Shown here one piece after another: positions 35,158 to 46,399 of a stretch of DNA of 64,000 nucleotides; position 1 is the stretch's first letter, and each line of letters begins with the position of its first letter. The stretch is from contig DF237083.1 of NCBI GenBank assembly GCA_000708835.1, positions 62,001 to 126,000 of the forward strand, read 5' to 3'. The notes under the pieces were generated by a model. It made no database searches. It was not told the origin of the DNA and was given only the letters and a program-made list of their open reading frames with translations. The stretch is from Klebsormidium nitens. Taxonomy: Eukaryota; Plantae; Klebsormidiophyceae. Made by a program: the position numbers and the translations under genes.

Positions 35158-37842
35158 ATGGGGGGTCGAAAAAGAAGGAGGCCGGAAAGACTGGTGAAGG
35201 AGGAGATCGAACCGACTCTGAAAAGCAGAAAACTGGGAGAGGCAGAATGCGAGGAGCCGGAAACGTTGAAAGGGTTTGACTGTTTTGCTGGCCATAGCAA
35301 GGAAGCAGGCCTGGCAAGTAGGAGCTGCAGTGTTTTTGAGTGCGGGGCGGAATTGGCGGCTCGATGCGGACCGGAAGGGAAACGGAAGCGGAACGAGCCC
35401 CTTCTGGGCGCGCAAAATCTGGAGGCGGGTCTGGCGTGGCTGGAGAGCTGCTTGGAGGCCGAAGCTGCTCGCTGGAACGACGAAGTTGTGCGAAGGGAGG
35501 CGGCGGAAGCGGAAGGGGCGGAAGCGGAAATGAGGGCTGCGCAGCTGGAAGCGGAGTTGATGCGGGTGAGGGGTTTGATCGCTCGGAAGGATTCTGCAGT
35601 GGATGAGGGAAAGGCAAAGAGAAATGCGAAGGTGAAAATGAAAGTGAGAGCGGAAGAGGGACCTGAGGCAATAAATAAGCGGGCGGAAGGGGTGGATAAG
35701 ACGGTGGACGATGTGGATAAGAGATTAAAGAGATCGCATAAGCCGTTTGAAGATGCAGAAACGAGGGCGGGAGATGGAGAGGAAGGAGCGGAAGAGGGAC
35801 CTCAGAGAAGGGATAAGTGGGCGGAAGGGGCGGATAAGAGGGTGGACGAAGTGAATAAGAGAGTAAACAGATTGAAGAAGAGGTTGGAAGAAACAGAAAC
35901 GAGGGCGGGCTATGCGGAGAAGACGGCGGCGGAAGCGAACGCCAGAGCGGAGGCTGCGGAGCGGAAAGCAAAAGAGGCGAATAAGAGGTTGGAAGAGGCG
36001 AATACGAGGGCGGCGGCCTATATGCGTGCGTGTGCCGGGCAGACGGGTCGAGTAATTGGAGCGGAGTCGGGGGCGGCGGCGGCGCAAGCGCGCGCGGAGA
36101 CCCTTGCAAAAGAGCTGGAAAAGATCAAAAACGGTGAAGCTGGATTTTACGTGGGCATTCCTGAAGAGCTATCTCGCATGAGAAAGTTGCTTTTGGAGAA
36201 GAGCCGAGCGGTGGACGAAGCGGAGGCGAGAGCAGAGAGGGCGGAACGCGAGAAGGCCAGAGCGGAAACGGAAAAGGCGAACGCAAAAGCTGCGGATGAG
36301 GCGGAAGCGGCAGAACTGGCACGTAGTCTCGCCGACGAAATGACGCGCCGGATGGGTGCGGAAACGGCTGCGGCGAAGGCGCGAGAAAATGCGGACGGTC
36401 TTGCGAAAGTACTGGAAGAGATGAAGAGCCGTCTGGGAGAAGTAGAAGCGGTGATTCCCATAGCAAATGTGAAAGTTGCTGAGATGCAAGCGGAGGTTGA
36501 TGGCATGAGAGGTTTGCTCAAGGACAAGGATCGAGCGGTGGAAGAAGCAAACGCAAGAGCGGAACAGGCCGAAGCGAGAGCAGAAGGGAAAGCACGGAGA
36601 GCGGAAGCAAAAGCAGGGAAAGCGGAAGCGGAGACACAGATAGCGGAAGAAGCGGTTGCGGAGACAACGCGGGCAGACGCAAGAGCCGAAGAAGCTGGGG
36701 GGCACTCGCTTGCGAATGATTCAACCTCGCGGATGCGCGCGCATTCAGAGGCAAATGAGCAAGCCAAAGGGTTGGCGTTGTCGCGGGATGGTCCTATAAA
36801 CGGCGACGCAGAGGCTACGATCGCGCAGGTCAAGGTCGCCGCTCTTGCCCGCCTAACAAGCTTGCTCGTGGACAGAAACGAAGGGCTTCGGAAGGCCGAG
36901 TGGAATGCGGAGCGAGCGGGCGGACTTGCAGTGGAATTAGCTTTGAAGATTGCCACGTACCGAACGGGAAGCGATTATGGCACGGGGCAACGGGCACGGG
37001 CGCAACTAGGTGGCGCAAAATTTGCGGTTGCCACCCCGACGGTAACTAATGCGCGTGCGAGGGCCGGTTCGGCTCAGCGGAACGGCGTCCGTCCGGCGGA
37101 CTCGAATGGCCTGACAAATGCCCCTCCAGCTCAGCGGGACGGCGTCCATCTGGAGCAGCGAAACGGCGGCCGTCCCACGCAGCGGAACGGCGTGGCGATC
37201 GTCCGTCCAGCTCAGCGGAACGGCCCGGCGGAATCCCGTCCGGTTCAGCGGAACGACGTGGCGAACGCCCCCCGGGTTCAGCGGAATGGCTTCCGTCCGC
37301 CGGAGCGGAACGGCGTGGCGAACGCCCCCCCGGTTCGTCAGCGGAACAGGGTCCTTCCTCTGCAGCGGGACGGCGTGGTAACAATCCGTCCAGCTCAGCG
37401 GAACGGCGCGGCAAAGTCCCGTCCGGTTCAGCGGAACGGCGTTGCGAACGCCCCCCCGGTCCAGCCCAACGGCGTCCTTCCTGTGCAGCGGGACGGCGTG
37501 GCAACTGTCCGTCCAGCTCAGCGGAACGGGGCGAAAGCCGGCCTGGTTCAGCGGAACGGCGTCCGTCCGGCTCAGCGGAATGGCGCGGCGAATGCCCGTC
37601 CTTCAGAGGGAAAAGGGGTCCGTTCGGAGCAGCGGAACGGCGTGGCGAATGGCCGTCCGGCACAGCAGAACGACGTCCCTCCTGTGCAGCGGAATAGCGT
37701 CGCGAATGTCCGTCCAGCTCCGCAGAACGGGGCGAATGCCGGTCCGGGTCAGCGGAACGGCGTGTCGGGTGCCCGTCCGGCTCAGCGGAACGGCGTCCCT
37801 CCGTCTCAGCGGAACGGCGTGGGGGAAAAGAGCCGGCGGTGA
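35158..37842 (+). CDS. Coiled-coil family copy 2, intact 894-aa intronless ORF with a C-terminal QRNG repeat region
   Basis: Long A/E/R-rich helical ORF with motif RKRNEPLLGAQNLEAGLAWLESCLEAEAARWNDEVVRREAAEAE and an N-terminal basic NLS-like GGRKRRR. Confidence 0.8.
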   Translation: MGGRKRRRPERLVKEEIEPTLKSRKLGEAECEEPETLKGFDCFAGHSKEAGLASRSCSVFECGAELAARCGPEGKRKRNEPLLGAQNLEAGLAWLESCLEAEAARWNDEVVRREAAEAEGAEAEMRAAQLEAELMRVRGLIARKDSAVDEGKAKRNAKVKMKVRAEEGPEAINKRAEGVDKTVDDVDKRLKRSHKPFEDAETRAGDGEEGAEEGPQRRDKWAEGADKRVDEVNKRVNRLKKRLEETETRAGYAEKTAAEANARAEAAERKAKEANKRLEEANTRAAAYMRACAGQTGRVIGAESGAAAAQARAETLAKELEKIKNGEAGFYVGIPEELSRMRKLLLEKSRAVDEAEARAERAEREKARAETEKANAKAADEAEAAELARSLADEMTRRMGAETAAAKARENADGLAKVLEEMKSRLGEVEAVIPIANVKVAEMQAEVDGMRGLLKDKDRAVEEANARAEQAEARAEGKARRAEAKAGKAEAETQIAEEAVAETTRADARAEEAGGHSLANDSTSRMRAHSEANEQAKGLALSRDGPINGDAEATIAQVKVAALARLTSLLVDRNEGLRKAEWNAERAGGLAVELALKIATYRTGSDYGTGQRARAQLGGAKFAVATPTVTNARARAGSAQRNGVRPADSNGLTNAPPAQRDGVHLEQRNGGRPTQRNGVAIVRPAQRNGPAESRPVQRNDVANAPRVQRNGFRPPERNGVANAPPVRQRNRVLPLQRDGVVTIRPAQRNGAAKSRPVQRNGVANAPPVQPNGVLPVQRDGVATVRPAQRNGAKAGLVQRNGVRPAQRNGAANARPSEGKGVRSEQRNGVANGRPAQQNDVPPVQRNSVANVRPAPQNGANAGPGQRNGVSGARPAQRNGVPPSQRNGVGEKSRR
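37072..37821 (+). repeat. Coding minisatellite (core gctcagcggaacggcgt) giving about 24 xQRNG(V/A) peptide repeats
   Basis: Counted in the translation of 35158..37842. Confidence 0.9.
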
Positions 37843-40800
37843 AGGCTGCGCATCAATAGGCGGGTAAGTAGGAATGCAACTCCGCTTTTAGGCGCCACGG
37901 TTTGCAGAAGCTTTCGTAGATTCGAACATTTTCTTTGTCTAGGCTCATTTTATCTTCGCCAATCTCATCAAACATTGGGGTCCGTCCGCCGGCTTCTTGC
38001 TATTATGCGTGCGAAGCAAAATTCCAACGATCTCGGCGACCCGCTTTGTTAACAGCTCATAGTTGAGCCTCTCTCAAGCCTCGCTTGTGTCCGTAGTTGT
38101 CAGCTTTACTTGCACCTTCAGACGGTCCTAGGTCACGCCCGATTTCGCAGGCTCTGAGCTTCGAATTGTTCTTTCAATTGAGGCCGTTCGAGATCGGTGG
38201 TAGTAGATGCAGTTCGAATGTGTTGCTCACGGCATGTGTGCTTGACGTCCAGTATTTTGAGTGTGAGGCGTAGCGTCCGGGGTTTGCTTCATCGTATAGA
38301 CACAATTCATGACCAATCTCTTCGCGTCTGATCTGGTTCGTCGATTCCTTCCATTAAGGACCCAAGCAGCTGACAAGTTGGCAGAAAATGCGATGCGGGC
38401 GCTTCTTGGATAGAATTACGATAAGTTATGCAGAAATCAAGCCTTGAATGCCTGGCCGCTTATGGAAAGGCGGTCTTTTCCAGGTTACAAAGAACGCATT
38501 TGTTTGCTCGGTTTGACGAAACGATCTGGGCAGTTGCGTGCTCAATCTGGCTGGCAAGCAGGAAATCGTAGTCAATACAAAGGGTGGTCCGCATCTGGGT
38601 GCAATGTTCACCGTTTAAATCTCAGCGTTTCGGATATTCAACTCGTCATTCTGACGCGTATTGGGCTTTTCGGATGCTCAGGCGATCGGATTTCTTTTGA
38701 GCTTCCCTTACTCGCCCAAGCTTGATGAACGATCAATCGAATACGCAATTTGTCTATGACATTCAAATCTCATTTGATTGTCCCAGTGCCCTGCAACACG
38801 ACCCTTCGTATATTCAACTCGATACACGGCCAGAGCCACGCACCTGTGGGCTGTTGTTGACCGATCTCTCCGTTATTGCAGTCGTTGGGTTCTGATGCTC
38901 ACTCAAGGGCCGGTCCTGTCGAGATGGCAAAGCGAAGCCCGGTTTGGAGAAACGAAGAATGAACCAGAAGGATAGATGATCGGGGTTTTGCACGACTCAT
39001 GTGAGGAATTCGAGAAGCGAAGGTCACGTCGAAAACGTGCCGCAGTTCACCGACTTGGTAGTTTTCCGAAGATGTTCAAGGATGTAAGAGGAGCAGAGCG
39101 TAGCCGTAGTCGTGCCTTGTCGGATTGGCAAGGGCTACCCGTGAAACTGCACATGAGCAACTACGGCACAAATCACGACCCAAATGACTCGGTTGCAAAC
39201 GTGCCAGTGACTATGAAATCAGGTAAAGCAGGAGGTAAAGCTCTGAAATTTAAGCTCACATTTTGACCCATTACCCAATGTATCCATCTGAATCGGTTTT
39301 GCTGAGGAAGTACGGCTACGTAAGGTGGCCCTGGCAGGCGCAATTGTGAGTTAAACAAATGAACAGGCTGGAACGGATTAACGGCCTGTTCTCTTATGAC
39401 TAATGAGACCTTTCATGCTGCGAGCCAATCTGCATGCATATCCTCCGAGTGATTATCCCGCGGTGTGTTATTTTATCCTACTATGTTATCAAATGGAGCT
39501 TTCATCGTGGATCAGAGACAAGCCGATCACATATCGAAGCCTGAGGCTGGCAGATTGGGGGTGGAGATCAGTCCTGTATAAGCAGCTCAATATGGATTGT
39601 TTGAGCTTTCTAAACCGTCTGGGTTTGTGGTCCCTGGAGAATATATGCAGTACGCTCGAGCAGTGTTCTCCCCTAGTTACCCACCTCCTGCGGATTCCGG
39701 TCGCTCCGCATTCTTCCGCGGTTTGGGTAGCCAAACCGGAATACCCTCTTCTCCCCGAATGGAGGGTTTCCAGACTGGTTAAGCATTTTAACCCATGGTT
39801 TAATATAGCCAGCTGTTTGACAGTGCCCCTGCCTTGGCTGCATAATGGAGAGCCGCATGGAATGAGGGACGCTTTTGCATTTGGCCGGCAGCTCTCCTGG
39901 ACAAGCATCCCATCACCCATGAAGGCTGCTGGAACCTGGCAGCATTCCTTGCTTGGCCCTCAGCTCTGCTAGCTTCCCTGGCGCTGTCACTAGAAGTCAT
40001 AGCAATGGCCAGCTGTCCCCAGCTGCATTGAGCTGAAGTAATCAGAGGGGCAGGACCTCTAAGACATAGAAGATGCTGTGTCAGAGAGTGTGAGAGGATT
40101 GGCACCCCTATGAGAGGAGCTGCTTTCGGGAGGACCACTGAAGAAGGTGTTGTGCAAGAACAGGGACGGTCTGCTCTTGCAGCATTGTGAGTGTCTGCGT
40201 GCGCGGGCTAATGCAATGTGTCAGTAGGCTACTGGCTGATTGTGAAAGCTGACGACGGTGCCTTAATTTCACGACCTCACGTTGACAGTATTACTGGGGT
40301 AGTTACTTTTACGGAACTTTACATTCCTGAGTAGTGCCCTCTCAAAGTATGACCGCAAGTTCGACTGTGTCCATAATGCAAGGGGGACCTCATATGTCTG
40401 CACCTTCTCTCCAACAGACAAACATAGAAGGGAAAGCAAGTAAAGTACAATCTCAGTGGTGATGTCTGCTCAATGGGCCCTTTCACGTGGGCGCAATTCA
40501 GTGGGCCAGTCCCCACTGCTGGGGGAACTCTTTTTGAATGCCTGCAAACGCGAAGCCCTTGTTTGTCTGGGATCTGACTCACTGATTCTCTGTCAAAGTC
40601 AAACTCAACTTGTGTGTCTTACAGTCTTGGCTAGATGTTCAGTTCTCCTGCTGCTTCAGAGCATGTCTTCTTTCATCTTCCTGCAGCATTTGTCCATGTG
40701 TCCCTTGCTCCTCTCAACCTCCTGTGCGTTTCATGAAGTCAGTGGAGCAACTTGGCGGCAGAGCCCTGAATCACTGTAGTCTCCCTGAACCCCTCCCCAA

Positions 40801-41034
40801 ACCCCTCTCTTACCCCATTTCACTTCTGCAGACACAACGTCGGTGAGAACCCACTTCCCTATGAGTCTTGTACTATGAGCGGGAGCACTTCAGAATCTGG
40901 CCAAGCTCAAGGAGAAGAGCAATGGCGTTCTTACCCAGTGAGACGCTGAAACTTGAGGGGGCACCCTGAAAAACGGGTAAGTACGGGGGCTGCCAGGGGA
41001 GAGGTTTGCAGAGGCAGCACAAAGGGACCGGGTC

Positions 41035-42649
41035 TTGAGCGCTGCGGGAGGGGAAACTGTCCAATGGCAGAAGGCAGTGCTCTCACAACTGAGGGGGGTG
41101 GAAACCGGTGAGCGGGGTCGTAAAAGAAAGAGGACGGAGGAAGTGGAAGGGGAATCGGGCAAATGGGCGGTTGAGGGCGCCACAACTGGAAAGGCAGGTC
41201 TCAGTCTGGAGCAAGGGGAATCCGACGAATGCCCCAAGGCAGGTTGTGATGCGGCTCTCGCAACGCCCGAGAGAAAGGAATCAGCGACGGGAAAACGGAA
41301 GCGGAGTGAGCCGCTTTTAGGTGAGGGGAATGTGAGAGAGACGGTTGCGTGGCTAGAGAGTTGCTTGGAAGCCGAAGTTGTGCGGTGGAACAGCGAGGTG
41401 TTGCATAGGGAGGCGGCAGAAGCGGACGCCGCGGGGGCAAACGCCAGGCTGCGAAAGCGGAAGCGGAGGTCACGCCTTTGCGAGGAGTTCTTGCAAAGAA
41501 GGGTCTAGCGGTGGGAGAGGCGATGGCAGTAGCTGAAGAGGCGAACGAGCGAGCGCAAGAAGCGGAGAAGAGAGCGGAAGAAGCAATTGCAAAAGCTGGG
41601 CCGTTGAGCGGGCACTGGGCGACGAAGTTGCTCGTTGAACGAGGGCGGAAACGGGCGAGGCACTGGCGAAAGCAAACGCAAACCGACTTGCGAGAGAGCT
41701 GGATACGGTCGTCGCCAGTATTGCGGGGAATCGCGACACGCCTGTTGGGCTAAAGAAGGAAGTAACGCGCATGCGGCTGCTGCTGTTTGAGAGGACCCGA
41801 GCGGCGCATAAAGCTGTTGTGAGGGCTGACGAAGCTGACGTCAGGGCGGAGAAGGGGGAAGCGCGAGCGGAAGAGGCGCGTGGAAAAGCGGAGGAGGCGC
41901 GTAGAAGCCCGCAAGAGGCAGCCTGGAGAGCGGACGACGCGGATGTGAGAGCTGCAGACATGGAGCGAATCGTTGCGGAAGAAGTGGCGCGGCGCTTGAG
42001 AGCAGAGTCGGGCGAGGCAGTGGCTCGCCGAGAAGCGGACGACCTCGCAGAACGATTGGGAAGGATGCCGTGTCCGGAGCAACTAGAGGCGGACGCTGCG
42101 GTAGCGAAGATCAGGGCCGGCGTGCTGGAAACGGAACTGGCGGAGTTGAGAGGTTCGCTCGTCGAGAAAGTCGAGGAAGTCGCGAGTGTGCGAGAAGAAG
42201 AGGCGAGTGCGCGACGACGAAAGGCGGAAGCGCGAGTCGCAGTGCTGGAGTTCGTACGGGCCGAGGAAGTAACTCTGCGGGAGAAGGCGGAGTCGGCCGC
42301 GGCGAGGGCAGAGGCAAGAGCGGACGAACTCGCAAAAGAAATGGAAGAGAGGACAGTCCCAACGGAGAGGATTAACAGGCTGCACGACTTGTCCTCCGAG
42401 AATGTTATTAGTGGGCAATCGGACAGAGAAGGTGTAACGAGGGTGTCAACGAGTGAACCGCACGACCAAATGGGGGGGGGATCCCCCATCAAGCAACGCC
42501 CCCAGTACAAACCAATGCTCTCAGACCCAGAAAATCAGTGCAGCCAGTGCAAGAAAAAGTGGAGCTCTCGCTGGTATGCCCCCCTCGAGGACACGTTCCG
42601 TCTCCTGTGCCGCGCTTGCTACAACAAGGAGCGGAACGCGAGCCGCTAG
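41035..42649 (+). pseudogene. Coiled-coil family copy 3: at least two frameshifts and a TGA (41636-41638), ending in a GATA-like C4 zinc finger
   Basis: KRKRSEPLLGEGNVRETVAWLESCLEAEVVRWNSEVLHREAAEA; homologous segments lie in different frames; C-terminal CSQC-x19-CRAC at 42539-42619. Confidence 0.7.
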
Positions 42650-45600
42650 TCTCCCATATCTTGCGGGGCGCCTCCCTCTACTCGGGTAAGGAAGCACCAA
42701 ACACCAGCAGGGCATGGTCTCAACCATCCACACGCCGTTCGTAGTATGCTGTGGTGGTCTTATTATAACCTGAGGCCAGAGGGATGTAATATGTTTTCCT
42801 GAAGTTGATAATGTTGCCGTTGGGTTCTTATAGTGGCGCCGTAAGTGACGCGGCATTTCTGATGAAGATGCCAAGTCCGTGTTTACACTGGCCAGTCGCC
42901 TTGCCTCATTCAGAATTAGATGTGGGCAATCTTCCGGGTTTGCTTCTCACCTCTATCAAGCGACAAAGATCTCGGAAACCAGCTGACCGCAGGTGCTCTA
43001 GGAACCAGATGCCCGGTCGCTTGACCCGCCTTCATGGTTGCTCATTTCGCATGCGGGTCACGCGACCCACCAGTTCAAAGCTGCATCTTTCTCCAGGTGT
43101 GTTACCTCCATTGCCTGAGTCCGTTTAGCCGATCTCTCGATGAAACAAAGCTGCCAGTTTCTTGCCGAAGATCCTGGAACACAGCGCGGAACGTTTCGTC
43201 TTTGCCGTTCTTCTCAGGTTGCTCAAAGCGCTATTGCGGGGGATGCTGGAGGTGCACTTGGGGCCGCAGAACAAAGAAAAGAGTCTCATAAGCCGTTGTG
43301 GCCCGCCGTGGCTGGGCAGGTGGGCAAGTCCCCTTCGTTTCCGCCTGGAGCTGCCCTTCAACGGCAGGTTTACTACATCCAGGCTTAAAACATTTTGGGT
43401 TTAATTCGTTTAAATTCAGTATATCAAAATTTTTAACATTCAGTGTACTACTTCCTCTTACGCATGCTTGCTTTGATATCTTCCTCGACCACAAACGTCT
43501 CTTTAAAAAGGCGTAAGGCAAGCAGCTGAGATAGAAGGGCGGGCCCAGACGATGTAACGATTGTCTCAAGCGACCCGTCTGTGCATCAGAGATCCCGATA
43601 TCCGGCCTCAAGGACGTTTCCGGCTTGCCAACTGGGAACTCTGTGGGCTGTGGAGATCCTCATGTATCTAGAGCCCGAAACCAGCGGCGATCCGCATCAG
43701 AGGAACCAGATTATCGGTGTGGCCTTTGCAGGTCAGGGCGGTTCGAAGTATACCTTGATCAAAGCCCGGTCGACAGTATCCACGGTTGCGAGGCCAAGTT
43801 CTCCCGACCAACAACGGGGTGAGGTCGCTTCTTGCCGAAGAGTTTATCGGCTGCAGGGGGCTCTCTGTCCGTCTTGTGCTCAAGCCTTTGTCGTGAGACG
43901 CCGGTAATGAGCGGTCTTAGCGAGACAACCCACTGGCTCAGGTTTGATATGTGTTTAATCGGCCTCAGATTTCGAGACTTGAGGGAGGCGTTAGCGGCAC
44001 TCTGCAGGCCACTCAAGACTACGTCGCCTGCTTTGCAAGTGTTGTTGCAGCCAGATTTGGAACTCGATGTGCAAGTGCGACGGCGCATCGGCGGTTTCTG
44101 GTCGTCTGTGCATCGAATGCAGACTGTGAGATATTTTCTGCATGAGGGCTGTTTCTAACTTGTCGGCCAACGCTTGCAGGTTGCTTGAAGGACGGGGGAC
44201 ACAGACGGTAGTCTTTACTGTCAAGCAGGCGAAGCACGACACAGCGCAAGGGGCCCAAAGCAAAAGAGGACGAGTGAGATAGGGGAATACAATTCCGTAT
44301 TCATTGCCGGCCTCGACTCTAAGAAAGAGCTGGTAGGGCTCAAGCAAGAACCGCAGCGCCTAGCGTGCTTCTTAGAGCCCATGAGTAGCGGCTACGTGCA
44401 ATAGACTTGGGCAGTCAAGGATGTTTTCAGGCTTCAAGTTGTTGTGAGATCTGTTGTAAGAGCCTAAAGTTTTCTGGAATGGGCCTGGGAAAATCCAATT
44501 GAGTCAACCTCTACTTACAATAATGATCAATAGATTCACGTGATGGTACGAGAACAGTTTTGACAGCGGCCCGCACGGCACGTCCTTCGATTTGCTTATG
44601 CATCTGATCGAAGTATTGAGCGCGAGACGCGGATACTGCCCGCCTCAAAAGTGATCCATGTCCATGTTTGGGCGGACAGGCAGTGATCCATATGTCATTC
44701 GTGCTCACCATAACGACCGATGCACGGCAGAAATGTGAGCTTTACAGTGATCAGTGTCAGGTCACTCTACAATAGTTTGAGATAGCGTGCTCATGAGACT
44801 AGTGCAATGCAAGTTGTCGATTTGCATGCTATACCAACAGATCGACCGGACTCTCTTCACACTTAGCGCCAATCATGCAGAATGGATAAAAGGTTCGATG
44901 GATGCGGACAATAGAGGGTGGACATGCATGGACCGGTCTTTCACATCAATTGATGTCGCAGTCTTGTAGAGCTGTGACGTAATGCTCCGTAAGAGATCGG
45001 TAAGCTACTGTAGGTGCCTGTGTCGTTCGGCGTAAAATCAGTTGAGTGTTGTCTTGATCATTGTTCCTGATCATCCGACTTCCATGCAGTTCGAGAGCAA
45101 TGGACTCTTTTATCACGTACTTGATTATCTGGATGCGCCGTAGTTGGTCTTCGCATGTGGTCTTCGTAAATCTCCACCGCAGCACTTCAGAAGAAGAGTC
45201 CAAAAAAGTGGGGGCTTTGAGCCAGTCGGTTCCCGTCGATTTGCAAGAGCAGCTTTTGCAATTAGGCACAGCCGCGCCCCTCTTCTTTCGCCTCCGTTTG
45301 CGGAAAGTCATACTAGCTGTCTTCAGCGTGCAAAAACGCTGACTTTGGTCCCAGGATCCGTTCTTCCACCAGCCCCAATCTCTTACACTTCCAACAATCA
45401 CTGAAAAGTTCTCCAACAATTACTGAAAGGCTGTCTTAAGAACCTGTCTTCAAAAGCTTTTTTCATCTGGTCGCGGACAAAGCAGCAGTGGTCAGCAGTG
45501 GCATCGAGCACCCCTGTTGCTCTGCAAGTTTAAGGAAGTTTAGAAGCGGCACAGAGTTCACAGAATCAACGATGGCCATTGCAATGAATCAGGACGCTTG

Positions 45601-46399
45601 AACGGGCTTTCATGAAATTCTTCACACAAGGGCCAGCTAATCTGATCAAGAGATCCCTTTTTGTGCCCAGTAGGCTTTTGAGGTGTGCTTGTACAGTTTT
45701 TGAAACAGTCCAGTTTGTTGGAAATGATTTGTAATGTCAGCCGTCTGATCAGAGCTGCAGTGAGTCTCTTTTCAATTCATCTTATGGACTTTCGGATGGA
45801 CTCCTGACACATTTCAAACACGTGGGTTTGATAGCCTCATTCGCAAAAGATTGTGGCCATCCAGTTGCCGCGGCTGAAAGGGACATAGGCTCTCAATGTG
45901 GTCAGCGGTTCATTTGAGCGTAGAGCATCGTTGTCAAGCTCCAATTGCATGCCCAGTTCATCTGATCACTCTTCACTTTGAGGGGCATTTGACTCGGCGA
46001 CCCAATGAGCGGGTTGCGGAGGGCTGAACAGGGGGCTTTGAAAGGGCTCTCGAAATGATGTTGCAACCACAAACAGGTTCCGCTTCTTTGACAAAACCAG
46101 CTTTTGCGCTCCTTACTCTCCTTCAGCGTTCTTCTTTTCTCTGCCGCTTTGCAGGAAGTTACAAACAGCCCCAGCATCTGCCAGACTGTGATGATCTGCT
46201 TTGCTCAGATACGGATCTTCGCTCTCCAATCTAGATTCAGCCGGAAAGCGTAGAGAAGAGAGCCCCTGCTTCTGGGACCCTTACCCAAGGATCTTGGGTC
46301 AAAAAGTTGAAAGTCGCTCTCACTGAGAAAGTCAACGAGACTCACGGGGAGATAACTAGTGAAGTAATGGAGGGGCGGTCAGAACACCCAGAAGGACCG

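Noticed and set aside
39403-40138. ORFs on both strands with LRR/F-box-like fragments
   Set aside because: No consistent repeat register or splice structure could be built.
44946-45419. 157-aa minus ORF with CKSC...TxW resembling a second GATA finger
   Set aside because: The second Cys pair is absent in frame; similarity is too weak to support.
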